Below are positions 11,589 to 21,285 of a stretch of DNA of 64,000 nt, in pieces. The notes under the pieces are model-generated. The model did not search any database and was not told the DNA's origin. It saw only the letters and a list, made by a program, of their open reading frames with translations. Position numbers and translations under genes: made by a program. Every line of letters begins with the position of its first letter. Positions within the stretch are counted from its first letter, which is position 1. Source of the DNA: Camelus ferus (lineage: Eukaryota). The stretch spans positions 42,410,001-42,474,000 of the forward strand of contig NC_045696.1 of the NCBI RefSeq assembly GCF_009834535.1. The letters are read 5' to 3'.

Positions 11589-12419
11589 CTGTGTGCTCAT
11601 CTTTCTTATTTTGTCATTAACTCTGCTTTCTTGTATGTCTTGTGCTCTCTGCATGGTTTCTCCTGCTTAGAGTCTTGGGGTGGCTTAAGAATTCAAGGTG
11701 AAAGTTTCAGCAGGTATGCCTTCCTCAGTCTGCAAGGGTGAATTTGTAGTTTCTTTATGTCCTGAACAGGGAGATACATGGACCTCTATTAACAGATTAG
11801 ACTTTAGTTTAGATTTAAGAGAAACTATCTTTTCATTTGAATGGAAACAACTGAAGTTAATGAGATGAAATATTTAAGGTCAACATTTATCTTTTGCCCA
11901 TTGAAATGTTTCTGCATCTAATAAAATCAGGTTTAAAAAAAATGCAGTGTTTCATAAGAACCAGAAAAAAGACATTTACTGCCTTTTAGAGAATATTGGC
12001 ATACCTATAAAACTTATTACAGAATTTAGTGGGGTTAAATTATGTATTAAAAGATGAAAATATAAATTCTGGATCTATATCAAATCCTGGTGTCAGGTCA
12101 TTAGGGTCCATTAGGTTGGAATTGGTTTTCAAAGAGTATGATATACATGGGACAGGGAGTGGCTATCTCTTTATGTGTCAGATTTATGAGGCTGCATAGT
12201 AATTGGCAATATATGCTGTTTAATTTCACTCCTGAGAATAAACCCTAAGTAAAAAAATCTGAATTACCTACCCAATCTCCAAAAACCAACACAACTAACA
12301 AATTCCTCAAATTTCAGAAACATTTAAAGTAGCAATAATTATTAAAATAGTAAAAAAAAAATGAAAATAATGTCAGTAGTCAAAATAGGGAGTTATGTGA
12401 AGTATTATGTCGTCACTAA

Positions 12420-12670
12420 GAGAATGTATGATGAGATATTTGTAATAAACTAGGAGAAATCTTGTGTTGCAATAGTAGATATGAAAAACAGTACAAGTTT
12501 TAATATATAGAAGAGCTCAGCTAACATACGCAGAGGCAATATCAGGAGGAAATTGATCCACATTTATCAGCGATTATGCCTGGTGATTTTGATTTTTTTC
12601 TTTATGATTTTATGCTTTTTGTTTTTCTACAATGAACAGTGGTTACTTTTATCATCAGAAAAAGTGAAAG
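12420..12670 (+). mobile_element. Ancient L1 (L1ME-like) 3' end
   Basis: 'gtgattttgatttttttc...tttttctacaatgaacagtggttacttttatcatcagaaaaa' is typical of the L1ME terminus. Confidence 0.55.
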
Positions 12671-13282
12671 TTGTGTATAAAAAGCTCAGTCTAGTGAGGA
12701 TGGTTTATCCTCTCACAGCAGTTGCTTGTGATAGCCTGTTGATGTGGTGTCTTCCTGTCTGCAAGTATTTCTTGTGTTCTTCAGACCCTTTGATCCCATT
12801 CACTTTGAAAGTAGCATGACCTTGAAATCCCAGGGTTTGCAACTTTCTTAGATGAATGACTTTCAGGTGGGATTTTAAAAAAATCAGATATGAATTTTGT
12901 AAAATGCTATTTTCCCTTTGTATCTAGAAATATATTTGTGCTACAGGTTCAACCACAAGCCAAGTATGAAGTAATTTGGTTTGGTGGTTACTAAGCTATT
13001 GATAAGTGTCTGACATTACTAAGTTGAATGTGCTTTTTTACTTTCGTTCTAAAAGTGGCCTAGCTTTTCTTGGAAAAATAAACTTCATCTTTAGCTGAGA
13101 TTGAGGCCGTGTACTATGTGGCAAAATTGCGGTATAGCCCACCTACTTCCGAAAAGGATTTGGTACAGAATTACTGAATATATTACTGAACGGACCCCTG
13201 GAAAGTCCTAATTTGTATACTCACCTAATGAATCTCTGTTTCATGATAAGCAGTATTTCATTCCCCAAACTTTGGGACATTT

Positions 13283-13580
13283 TCTCATTCATGCAGTCAA
13301 CAGACGTGTAATGAGCACCTATCATGTGAGGGATGCTATGGCAGGCACTAGATCCAATACCCCAATGTTTTTAGGTATATTATGATTCTAATCCCTTAGT
13401 GAAAAAAAAAACCAGAATAGAAGTGAAATATATAATTTGATTATATACATGCAAATATATTTAACATCTGTGGGCAGAGATTTTTGTTTGTTTTTGTTTT
13501 CCCTAGCTCCTACAACAGTCTCTTGTAAACAGTAAATGTTCGAATTAGCATTTGTTAAATAGATGATTAGGTGAATGAAC
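13283..13580. mobile_element. Two L2 3'-end fragments (about 13283-13355 minus; about 13465-13580 plus)
   Basis: 'cattcatgcagtcaacagacgtgtaatgagcacctatcatgtg' and 'gggcagagattt...ccctagctcctacaacagtctcttgtaaacagtaaatgttc...gtgaatgaa'. Confidence 0.65.
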
Positions 13581-13674
13581 TAATATAGAGCTCTAAGAGG
13601 TATATAGATAACGAGAAGGAGACATTTTTGTCAAAAGGCCTGGATCTGGGATATAGGCAAGATGAATTTGAAGG

Positions 13675-13988
13675 AAAGCCACCACTGACTTCTTTCTAAT
13701 TCCCAAGTAGAATGGAGAGCAGGTCCATCACTGTCTATGCTGTCGTAGTTTGTTCTCTCTTTGCTCTCTCTCAGGGTACTGCTCCCCCAGGTCTCCTAGT
13801 CTCTGCACATTGCAAAGGTGCCTCTCTGCTAGTGTGGAGAATTCATTCCATAACCTTATACACAGACTTTGCACAAAGGGATGCTGCTATTGTTCTTGAT
13901 CCCTCCAGAATCCTAGTGTGAAAACTAGTCTTTCCATTTCTGCTTGCTCTCCATTCTCACTGGGAATTAGACACAGCTGGTGGGTTTT
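13675..13988. repeat. Long-range inverted repeat pair (26-bp core, extendable to about 45 bp) enclosing about 220 bp
   Basis: ctaattcccaagtagaatggagagca (13696-13721) is the near reverse complement of tgctctccattctcactgggaattag (13945-13970). Outer arms are aaagccaccactg / cagctggtgggtttt. Confidence 0.85.
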
Positions 13989-14074
13989 GTTTGTTTGTTT
14001 GTTTGTTTTAATTAGGTCTTAAGTTTCTAAACATACTGGAAGACAAAGAAGCCTTTTGATTAATTAAAAACAAT

Positions 14075-14630
14075 GGCATCCAGCAAATCCACTGTCTGGT
14101 GTCTACACAAGAGAAATGGATCATGTGTCCATAGGAAAAGTTGTAAGAGAATATTCACAGCAGCTTTATTCATAATAGCCAAATGTGGAAACAATCCAAA
14201 TGTCCTGCAAAAGGAGAATGGAAAAACAAGTTGAGGCACATTCACACATTAAAATATTATACAGCAATAAAAAGGAATGAACTACTGATGCATGCAACAA
14301 TATGTTTCTCAAAAATATACATTAAGCAAAAAATCAAACATATAAGTATATATGGTATTTGGCATAAAATTATTCCATTTATATGAAGTCCAAGAACAGG
14401 TAAAACTGATGCAAGTTGATAGAAATCAGAAACTTATTGTTTGAGGTTGGAAGGAGAAGGAAAAAAAAAACTGGAAAGAGATATGTGGAATTTTTAGAGG
14501 TGATGGAAGTGTTATATCTTTCTTGAGGTGACATAGGTGCATACAATTTTCAAAAATTACCAAAATAAACACTTAAGGTCTGTGTATTTTATTTTATGTA
14601 AATTACACCTTAACTTTTTTTAAAAAAAGA
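14075..14630 (+). mobile_element. L1M (L1MB/L1ME-like) 3' fragment
   Basis: 'atattcacagcagctttattcataatagccaaatgtggaaacaatccaaatgtcc', 'aaaaggaatgaactactgatgcatgcaacaa', 'ttatgtaaattacacct'. Confidence 0.85.
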
Positions 14631-14659
14631 TAAACTACTTTGAGAATTAAAATGTAAGA

Positions 14660-14830
14660 CTATTCAGCGTAAGTAATAACTATTTACTAAGCACCTCTAT
14701 CTCAGCCACTGTTCAAGGAGCTAGAACTATAAACATGAAGAAGAAAGTGTATCTCTCTTGATGAATTTACAGTCTAAAAAGGAGAACAGTTGTGGAAAAA
14801 CAGACATTAACAAGTATTTTATTCACAGAA
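14660..14830 (-). mobile_element. L2 3' fragment
   Basis: 'tatttactaagcacctctatctcagccactgttcaaggagctaga...ctcttgatgaatttacagtcta'. Confidence 0.65.
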
Positions 14831-14880
14831 ACCTTTTCAGAGGTATAATATGTTTTCACAATGTATCTGGGCATCAACTG

Positions 14881-14965
14881 GATTGCATTTTAGAATTGTA
14901 TAATGATCATCTTGGGTAAAGACTGATGATCATACAATTCTAAAATGCAGTCTTGGGTAAAGACT
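14881..14965. repeat. Inverted duplication flanked by 15-bp direct repeat
   Basis: 14925-14952 is the reverse complement of 14881-14911 (3-nt gap, 1 mismatch). tcttgggtaaagact occurs at 14910-14924 and 14951-14965. Confidence 0.92.
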
Positions 14966-15006
14966 TGTATAAAAGATATTCAGTCTGCCAAATCCTATAG
15001 TGACAC

Positions 15007-15171
15007 TGTAGTAGACAGCCTCCAACATGGCCCCCATTTGCATCCCTACCCTTGTAAAGACCTCTTCCAGAATGCACTTGTTTTGGTTTCTGTGACCAGT
15101 AGCATATGGCAGAAATGAGGGTAAGCCATTTCCAAGATTAGAGTACAAAAGGCTGTGGCTTCTGTGCATAT

Positions 15172-15209
<38 letters not shown>

Positions 15210-15557
15210 CTCAGTTTGGGGCACACCATCTGACATGTTGTGAAAATAATCAGGCAGCCACAGAGCAGCTCATGTAGAGAGAAATGGAGACTTGTGGCCA
15301 CCAGTCAGTGAGGAAGTGGGACCTTCCTATAACCATATGATTTAGCTTGAAAGCATATCCTTCTCTAATTAGGTCTTCAGATGAAAATGCAGCCCTGGCC
15401 TTCTTGACTATACCTCCTGGGAGACCTTGAGCTGGACCACTGAGCTAAGCCACTCTTGAATTTCTAACCCACACATATTATAAAATAAGAAATATTTATT
15501 ATTTTAAGCTGCTAAATTTTGGGATAACTTGTTATACAGAAATAAGTAAACAACACA
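15007..15557 (+). mobile_element. MaLR solo LTR (MLT1F-like) containing a (CT)n tract at about 15176-15205
   Basis: TG...CA ends. Motifs 'cagcctccaacatggccccca', 'aggtcttcagatgaaaatgcagccctggcc', 'ttttaagctgctaaattttgggataacttgttatacagaaata'. Confidence 0.85.
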
Positions 15558-16302
15558 TAAGATCTTTCTAAAATGTGGAATACATGAGTTTATGGGTTAG
15601 TGAATCATTCACAATTGTATATTAATCACCTCAATTTTTCATGAAATATTAATCATGGGGAGTCAAATTTCTGAAAACTTTGTACAGTTTAATTCCCAGT
15701 TTACATCCACTAAATAGTTTACTAACTCAAAAAATTTAGCCTTTTGAATGAAAACTTATGTTATATAACAATCTAACTTCCAAACTAAAACATGCAAATT
15801 CATAATTTAATAAAATTTAATTGCTTCTCAAGTATGAAAGGTCAATTTTATATTGTTTAATTTATTAATGAAAAAGCAAATAAAATTAAAATGAATTCAA
15901 ATTAATATTCACAAGTAATCTTCACTTTGAACTTCAAAATATATAATATAGTTCCAAGTCATTATAGCTTAGAGACCTCACTTCATTAAAAAAATTGCAG
16001 TGGTGATTTAGGCTGATTTTTAAATTAAGGCAGTAGAATATAAAATTTTAGAGTAACTGAGATTATTTCTCTGCCACTTTGAGATGACCAGTCTTTACTC
16101 TGAGTTATTTCGATTTTAAAATTATACCACCCATGACAGATATTATTAACTTAGTCTAAACTCATTTCTGCGTTAAGAAAACAGATCTTGATGGCTGTCA
16201 CTGGATGAGTGTGATGTATCTTGAAGCATAAAGAGATCCTCTGTCCCTCCAGCTAAGCAGAAACTAAAGAGGATGTAGATCCTTGCCTAAGAATTCCTAA
16301 CA

Positions 16303-16321
16303 GGGCGCCCCCTAGAGTGAA
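16303..16321 (-). promoter_or_regulatory. Candidate CTCF binding motif
   Basis: Minus strand reads TTCACTCTAGGGGGCGCCC versus the CTCF consensus TGGCCACCAGGGGGCGCTA. The core AGGGGGCGC is exact and its CpG is retained in unique AT-rich DNA. Confidence 0.5.
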
Positions 16322-16410
16322 GGTAGCTAAAGGAAAGGTTGTAAAGATGACTGGACAATATGGGATCATTTCTTATTGTTGGTTTTACTCCTCCTCATTT
16401 GGTTCTACAC

Positions 16411-16586
16411 CTGTGATTTTCAACATTGGAGTGCTTCCAAATCACATGAAGAACTTATTAAAACCCAGATTGCTGAGCCTTATTCCTGGAGATTCAGATT
16501 TGGTAATTCCAGCATGTGGCATAGGAGTTAGTTCCCTGGTGATTCTTTTGCTGCTGATCCAGGGATCACATTTTGAGAACCACTGA
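16411..16586. mobile_element. MER5A-like hAT-Charlie MITE
   Basis: 'ctgtgattttcaac...aatcacatgaagaacttattaaaacccagattgctgagcc...ccctggtgattct...gatcacattttgagaaccactg'. Confidence 0.85.
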
Positions 16587-16889
16587 TAGGTTATATTATT
16601 TCTGTTTGTCTTTGAGAGAGCTGTGTGTGGGCGGGGGGTTGGGTGGAGAGGAGGGACACTCTGGTAGTTTGGACATTTATCAGATAGTTTGATAGGGCCT
16701 TGAAGGTGAGTTTTGGCCAGTGAATGTGGATATAGTCATATGCTATCTCTAGATCCCATCCCTAAAGTGTCTCATGTGATCTTCCATGTTCTTGTTACTC
16801 TTTGGGGCAGCTGAATGCAAAGGAATCACTGGAGGTTTTGAGAAAGGCTTTCATGCTCTTTTCTGTTAATTACTCTCATTTGAGGAGGA

Positions 16890-17435
16890 CTGTGAGACCA
16901 AAATTGCCCATTGTGAACTGCGTGTGATGTGATTACCTAAGTCATGAATTTGGCTTGGGCAACAGAACAGTGTCACCATGTTGAAGTGCATATGTGAGAT
17001 CATCGAGTTCAGGAATGTCCTGAAAACATATGTAAGTGGCATGAGCAGGTGACTCAGATGCTCAAACCCCTACTCTTGTTGCATTGCTGTCTGTCCTTCA
17101 GTCCATACCTATGGCCTCATGGGGCATTCCCTATGACTTGTTGACAGAGAAGGAAAAAAAATAATTGGCTTTGTTTAAAGCTATATCTGCATAATATGCT
17201 GATACAACTAAGTCAACTAGTCTAGCACTAATACCCCTGAGCCCTGTGGGCAGAACTTTGAACATTTTGTTTTACTTTTCTAAAAAGATGAATGGTCAAA
17301 GGTATGTATCTAAAGTGATCACAGAGCAGTTAGCTAACAGTTTGGTCAGATGGTCAGGAACTTAAAAATCACAAGACTGGAAATTGGTGACAAGAAGTTC
17401 TGGGGGAAGAATATGTGAATAGGATTCTGGCAGTG
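16890..17435 (+). mobile_element. ERV-L internal fragment 1 (pol tether/RNase H region), pseudogenised
   Basis: Fossil peptides VRPKLPIVN, PMASWGIPYDLLTEKEK and ANSLVRWSGT*KSQDWK match ERV-L pol motifs (RPELPIMN, MASWGVPYDQLTEEEK, ANGLAGWSGTWK). Stops and frameshifts are present. Confidence 0.88.
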
Positions 17436-17464
17436 AGGCTGTTTTTGCTAATGGAGGCTGTTAA

Positions 17465-17982
17465 TGGGGACTGTTAATTTTATGTGTCAGACTCTTTGGG
17501 CCATTCTGAGTGTGTCTGCGAGCATGTTTCTGGGCAAGATTAACACTGAGTTGGTAGACTGAGATAAGTAGATTGTCCTCCCTAGTTTGGGTGGGCCTCA
17601 TCCAATCCATTAGCGGCCTGATTAGAACAAAAGGTAGAGTAAGGGAGAAATCACTCTCTCTGCCTGAATGTTTTCTAGCTGGGACATTGGTATTCCTCTG
17701 CACTTGAACTATGACTTACAACACTGGCTCTCCTGGTTCTCAGGCCTCAGGACTTGGACTGGAAATACGCCACCCACTTTCCTGGGTCTCCAGCTTGCAG
17801 CTGTCAGATGTTGGAACTTAGTTTCTATTACCTTGTGAGCCAATTCCTTATAATAAATCCCTACCTATTTATCTATTTATCTATCTGTCTATCCATCTGT
17901 GTAGCTACCTACCAGTTATCTGTACATTATGTTGCTTCTGTTTCTATTGGTTCTGCTTCTCTGGAGAACCCTGAATAATACA
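17465..17982 (+). mobile_element. MLT2 (MLT2D-like) ERV-L LTR inserted within ERV-L pol
   Basis: Start 'gttaattttatgtgtca', internal 'gggtgggcctcatccaatc' and 'gagccaattccttataataaatc', canonical end 'ctattggttctgcttctctggagaaccctgaataataca'. Confidence 0.92.
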
Positions 17983-19170
17983 GAGACTTAGAGAATATTT
18001 ATGTTACATGTGAGTGCTCACCAAAGAGAAACCCTGCAGGTGAGACTTTTGGTTATCAGGTAACAAGATGATCTATCCATGGGTGTCAGTCTTTTTCTCT
18101 AGCTATCTTGTGCTGCTCAGTGGGCTATGAACAAAGTGACTATGGCTGCAAGGATGGAAGTTATTATTCATGAGCTCAAAATTATGGGCTTACTTTTACC
18201 AAGACTGAACTGGCTATCATCACTGCTGAGTATCTAGCCTGCCAATGTCAGGGTCCCTTTTTGAGCTCTGATAGTGCACCACTGCCTATGGAGATGAGCC
18301 AGCCCCAGGTGGCATATTAATCACAGTGAGACTCTTCAGTCATGGAGGGAGCAGCAATTTGTCCTCACAGAAAAAAGAAGACTCTCTTTCTTGCCCTCAG
18401 GGCTTCTTCCAGTACCATCATCCAGGACTGACTGAAAGCCTCAAGGTATCCCACATAGTCTTCCTTTTGACTAGGAAAGTTACTGTACAATAAAAGAATA
18501 GAAGCAATGGGTGGGGGCGGGGCTCTGGTTTTATTATGTATCTCTTCACCCTAAAACCCAGGTAGCCTAGTAGAACAGTGGAATGGCCTATTAGAGACAT
18601 AGTTGCCTGGGTGACAACACTTGCAGATTTGAGGAACTGTCATGCACAATGCAATATATACTTTGAACCAATGACCATATATAATGTTATTTCTTCCATA
18701 GCCAGAATATCAGAGTCCAAGAACCAAGGGATTTAAGTAAAGGGGATTTGTTCATTCTTATCCCAAATAATCCTCTCATAAAATTTATACTTTCTCCTTC
18801 TGCATCTTTTGGTTCTACTGGTATTAAAAAATCTAATTTCCCAAGAAAGGAATGACCGCACTAGGAGACTGAAAAAGGGTTCCATTTAACTGGGAGCTGA
18901 GATTGTCATTTGGTACCTTTAGCCTCCTCAGGCCACTAAATCAACAAGCAAATAAAGGAGTTGCTCCCCTGACTAGAGTGACTGATCCTGGTTATCAAGG
19001 GGAAACAGGTTGTGGTAAGGAAGAGTGGAGTCCATGGGATTCTTTTAAGTATCTTTTGGTACCTCCATGACCAGTGGTAAAAGTTAATGGATAAGTATAG
19101 TAACTTAACAGTCGTGCCAAAAGATGCAAAAGAAAGATGATCTCTGAGAGCATGGAGTTGGATACTTGGT
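17983..19170 (+). mobile_element. ERV-L internal fragment 2 (RNase H end, integrase, dUTPase), pseudogenised
   Basis: IFMLHVSAHQR; GLTFTKTELAIITAEYLACQ (integrase zinc-finger region); PFNWELRLSFGTFSLLRPLNQQANKGVAPLTRVTDPGYQGETG (ERV-L dUTPase-like); PVVKVNG. Confidence 0.88.
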
Positions 19171-20111
19171 TTGTATGTAAAATAAAAGGGATGGATTAGA
19201 TACATACTAAGTTCACTTTCACCTTTAAGACTCTGTCTCTATAACCCCCAAGCAGATCTTTATGCTACTGATTCCATTCCGTTGTCATTACTCAGGGCAT
19301 CAGGGTAACTGGGATGTATTTCATCTCTTGAAACTCTGTCTTGTTTCTTTTACTTCTCTTAAATCTAACAATCAATCAGCTCATTCAAATGGGAATGTCA
19401 GATGTAAAAACATAAGGTAAATTACATGGGAAAGGTATTACAATGAATGAGGATCTTGAATGTTAAAGTCTGAGATGGATTACATGGTAAGTTATAACTA
19501 TGCTCTCTTAAAATTTGAATTGACTTGAATTGACTTTGCTGAGGAACTGTTCTCTTAACAGGCTGCTGTTCTAATATCCTGGCCAGGCTGGTTAGAGCAC
19601 TCATTCCGTGGTCATGTTTGGGCTGCTTGTTCTTTGTTTGCTGGTTCTCAGACTAACCCAGTATTTAGTAAAAGTCAGATCTGTTCTCTTGTTACCTAAA
19701 TTCTGACTTAGTAGTTTCTAAGAGATTTCCTCAATATCTACCAAATAAAATCTCTTTGCAAGACTGGTATGATCTACCTGTACAGAAAGTATGTATTTCC
19801 TTCTTACATGTCGTTTTCTGGCTGACTTGCCTCTGGACAGTAACATCATCTTTTTGGTGGTTCCTATATGACCTGCTGCAACCGTACTGTCCTTTTCTTC
19901 TGAGCTCCTTTTCCTCTCAGAGCTTTTCTTTTTCCCTTCTTCCTTGATCCCAGTGTTTGTGGAGCTGAGTGTCCCCTTCACTTATTTTACGTCTGGTGAC
20001 ATAATTCAGGAGTCCCAACATAGCCCAATCTGGTAATGAAAATAATTGTGTTTCTAAGATTAAATTTGTACTGTGATTATCTGGCCTGAGCCAAAGGTGA
20101 ATTACATGCTA

Positions 20112-20285
20112 AAGAATTCAGAGAATGTTATAGCTGGAAGAGATAAGGGGAATCCACTTGAGTTTGATCTCATTTGATGGGTGAGAGTAATGAGACCCTT
20201 AGGATTGCTTCATGCCCTATGAGAAACTGATGTCTAAACATTCTGATTTTGGTTCAGCACAAACTCCCCAACATCATGCTGCTGC
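20112..20285 (-). mobile_element. MIR3-like SINE
   Basis: 'cagagaatgttatagctggaagaga...ctcatttgatgggtgagagtaatgagaccct'. Confidence 0.55.
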
Positions 20286-21109
20286 TCTGATACTATTTTT
20301 AGGGTATAAATATAGTGTTGGTAATTTTCAGATTTCCCCGTATATTATAGCTTTTAAACAACTTAACTTGGTAAGGAATACCTACACATAAAAGGCAATT
20401 ATGTATTCTTTTCAAAATCCTCCCCCTTTTTTTAAAGAAGAGGTTTTACTTCATTTCCGTCTTTCCTGAACAACTGTTAAGATTGTTCCAAGAGACCAAA
20501 ACAGGATTTTTCTTTTTAATTTAGGAAGACAAAGTCGTTTTTGCCTTTAATTTCTTTCTTACGGATTTTATTTTCTTCCCTGAAAAAAGCTTTCATCCAA
20601 TGTTTTTTAGGATGCCCTAGAAAGTTATATTATAGTGACTCAAAACAAAGATACTTTCTGAAAATGACCCATTGTTTTGTTACTCCCATTCAGACACATG
20701 TTTAATTTGCTGATTTAAATCACATGAGGGACAGTTATTAGACCTATATATTGGATTAATTTCTTTGGTTTTTGATATCTGAGGCAGCAAACGTACTGAA
20801 GAATGGAGTTTGTCCTGTAGTCTACTGACAGCTATGTGTAAAGATTGGTTAAATTCGATGCTGAGGGCTTTCAATAATGGATGATGTTTCCAGAATCCCT
20901 GGATTACTCTGGGGGCACACACAAAAGCCATATCTGGACATGGAAAGTGAAAAATTGAAGCAATTTATGTATCTTGATAATTCAAATGAATGTTCGAACA
21001 TTTACCTCAATTACCATGAATCAGCAAGAAAATGTGTTCTTCTGTTTGGGTTAGCATGAAAACTGCCTCAGTGTTTTATTCCAATTTACATGTCCAGATA
21101 TAGCATTTG

Positions 21110-21285
21110 GGTAATAATAATCCTGGCAGCTTCCATTATGTTCCAGGCCTATTGGGTGATTTTCATGTATTATTTCTAATCCCCATACCGACCCCACGAA
21201 GTTGGCGTTGTTATTCTCATTTTACCCGTAAGGATACTAAGCTTATAGAGGTTACAGGATTTATGAAGAGCTTGAAGTAGTAATT
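21110..21285 (-). mobile_element. MIR SINE
   Basis: 'ttgttattctcattttacccgtaaggatactaagcttatagaggtta'. Confidence 0.7.

Noticed and set aside
13095..13177. Plus-strand acceptor followed by EIEAVYYVAKLRYSPPTSEKDLVQNY*
   Set aside because: Weak pyrimidine tract, no recognised homologue and no supporting neighbouring exon.
13866..13922. Faint minus-strand resemblance to U6 snRNA
   Set aside because: A hand alignment needs several gaps for roughly two-thirds identity over about 55 nt, which cannot be distinguished from chance without an Infernal search.
14930..15301. 123-aa ORF with ERERER run
   Set aside because: It is an antisense reading of an MLT1 LTR and its (CT)n microsatellite.
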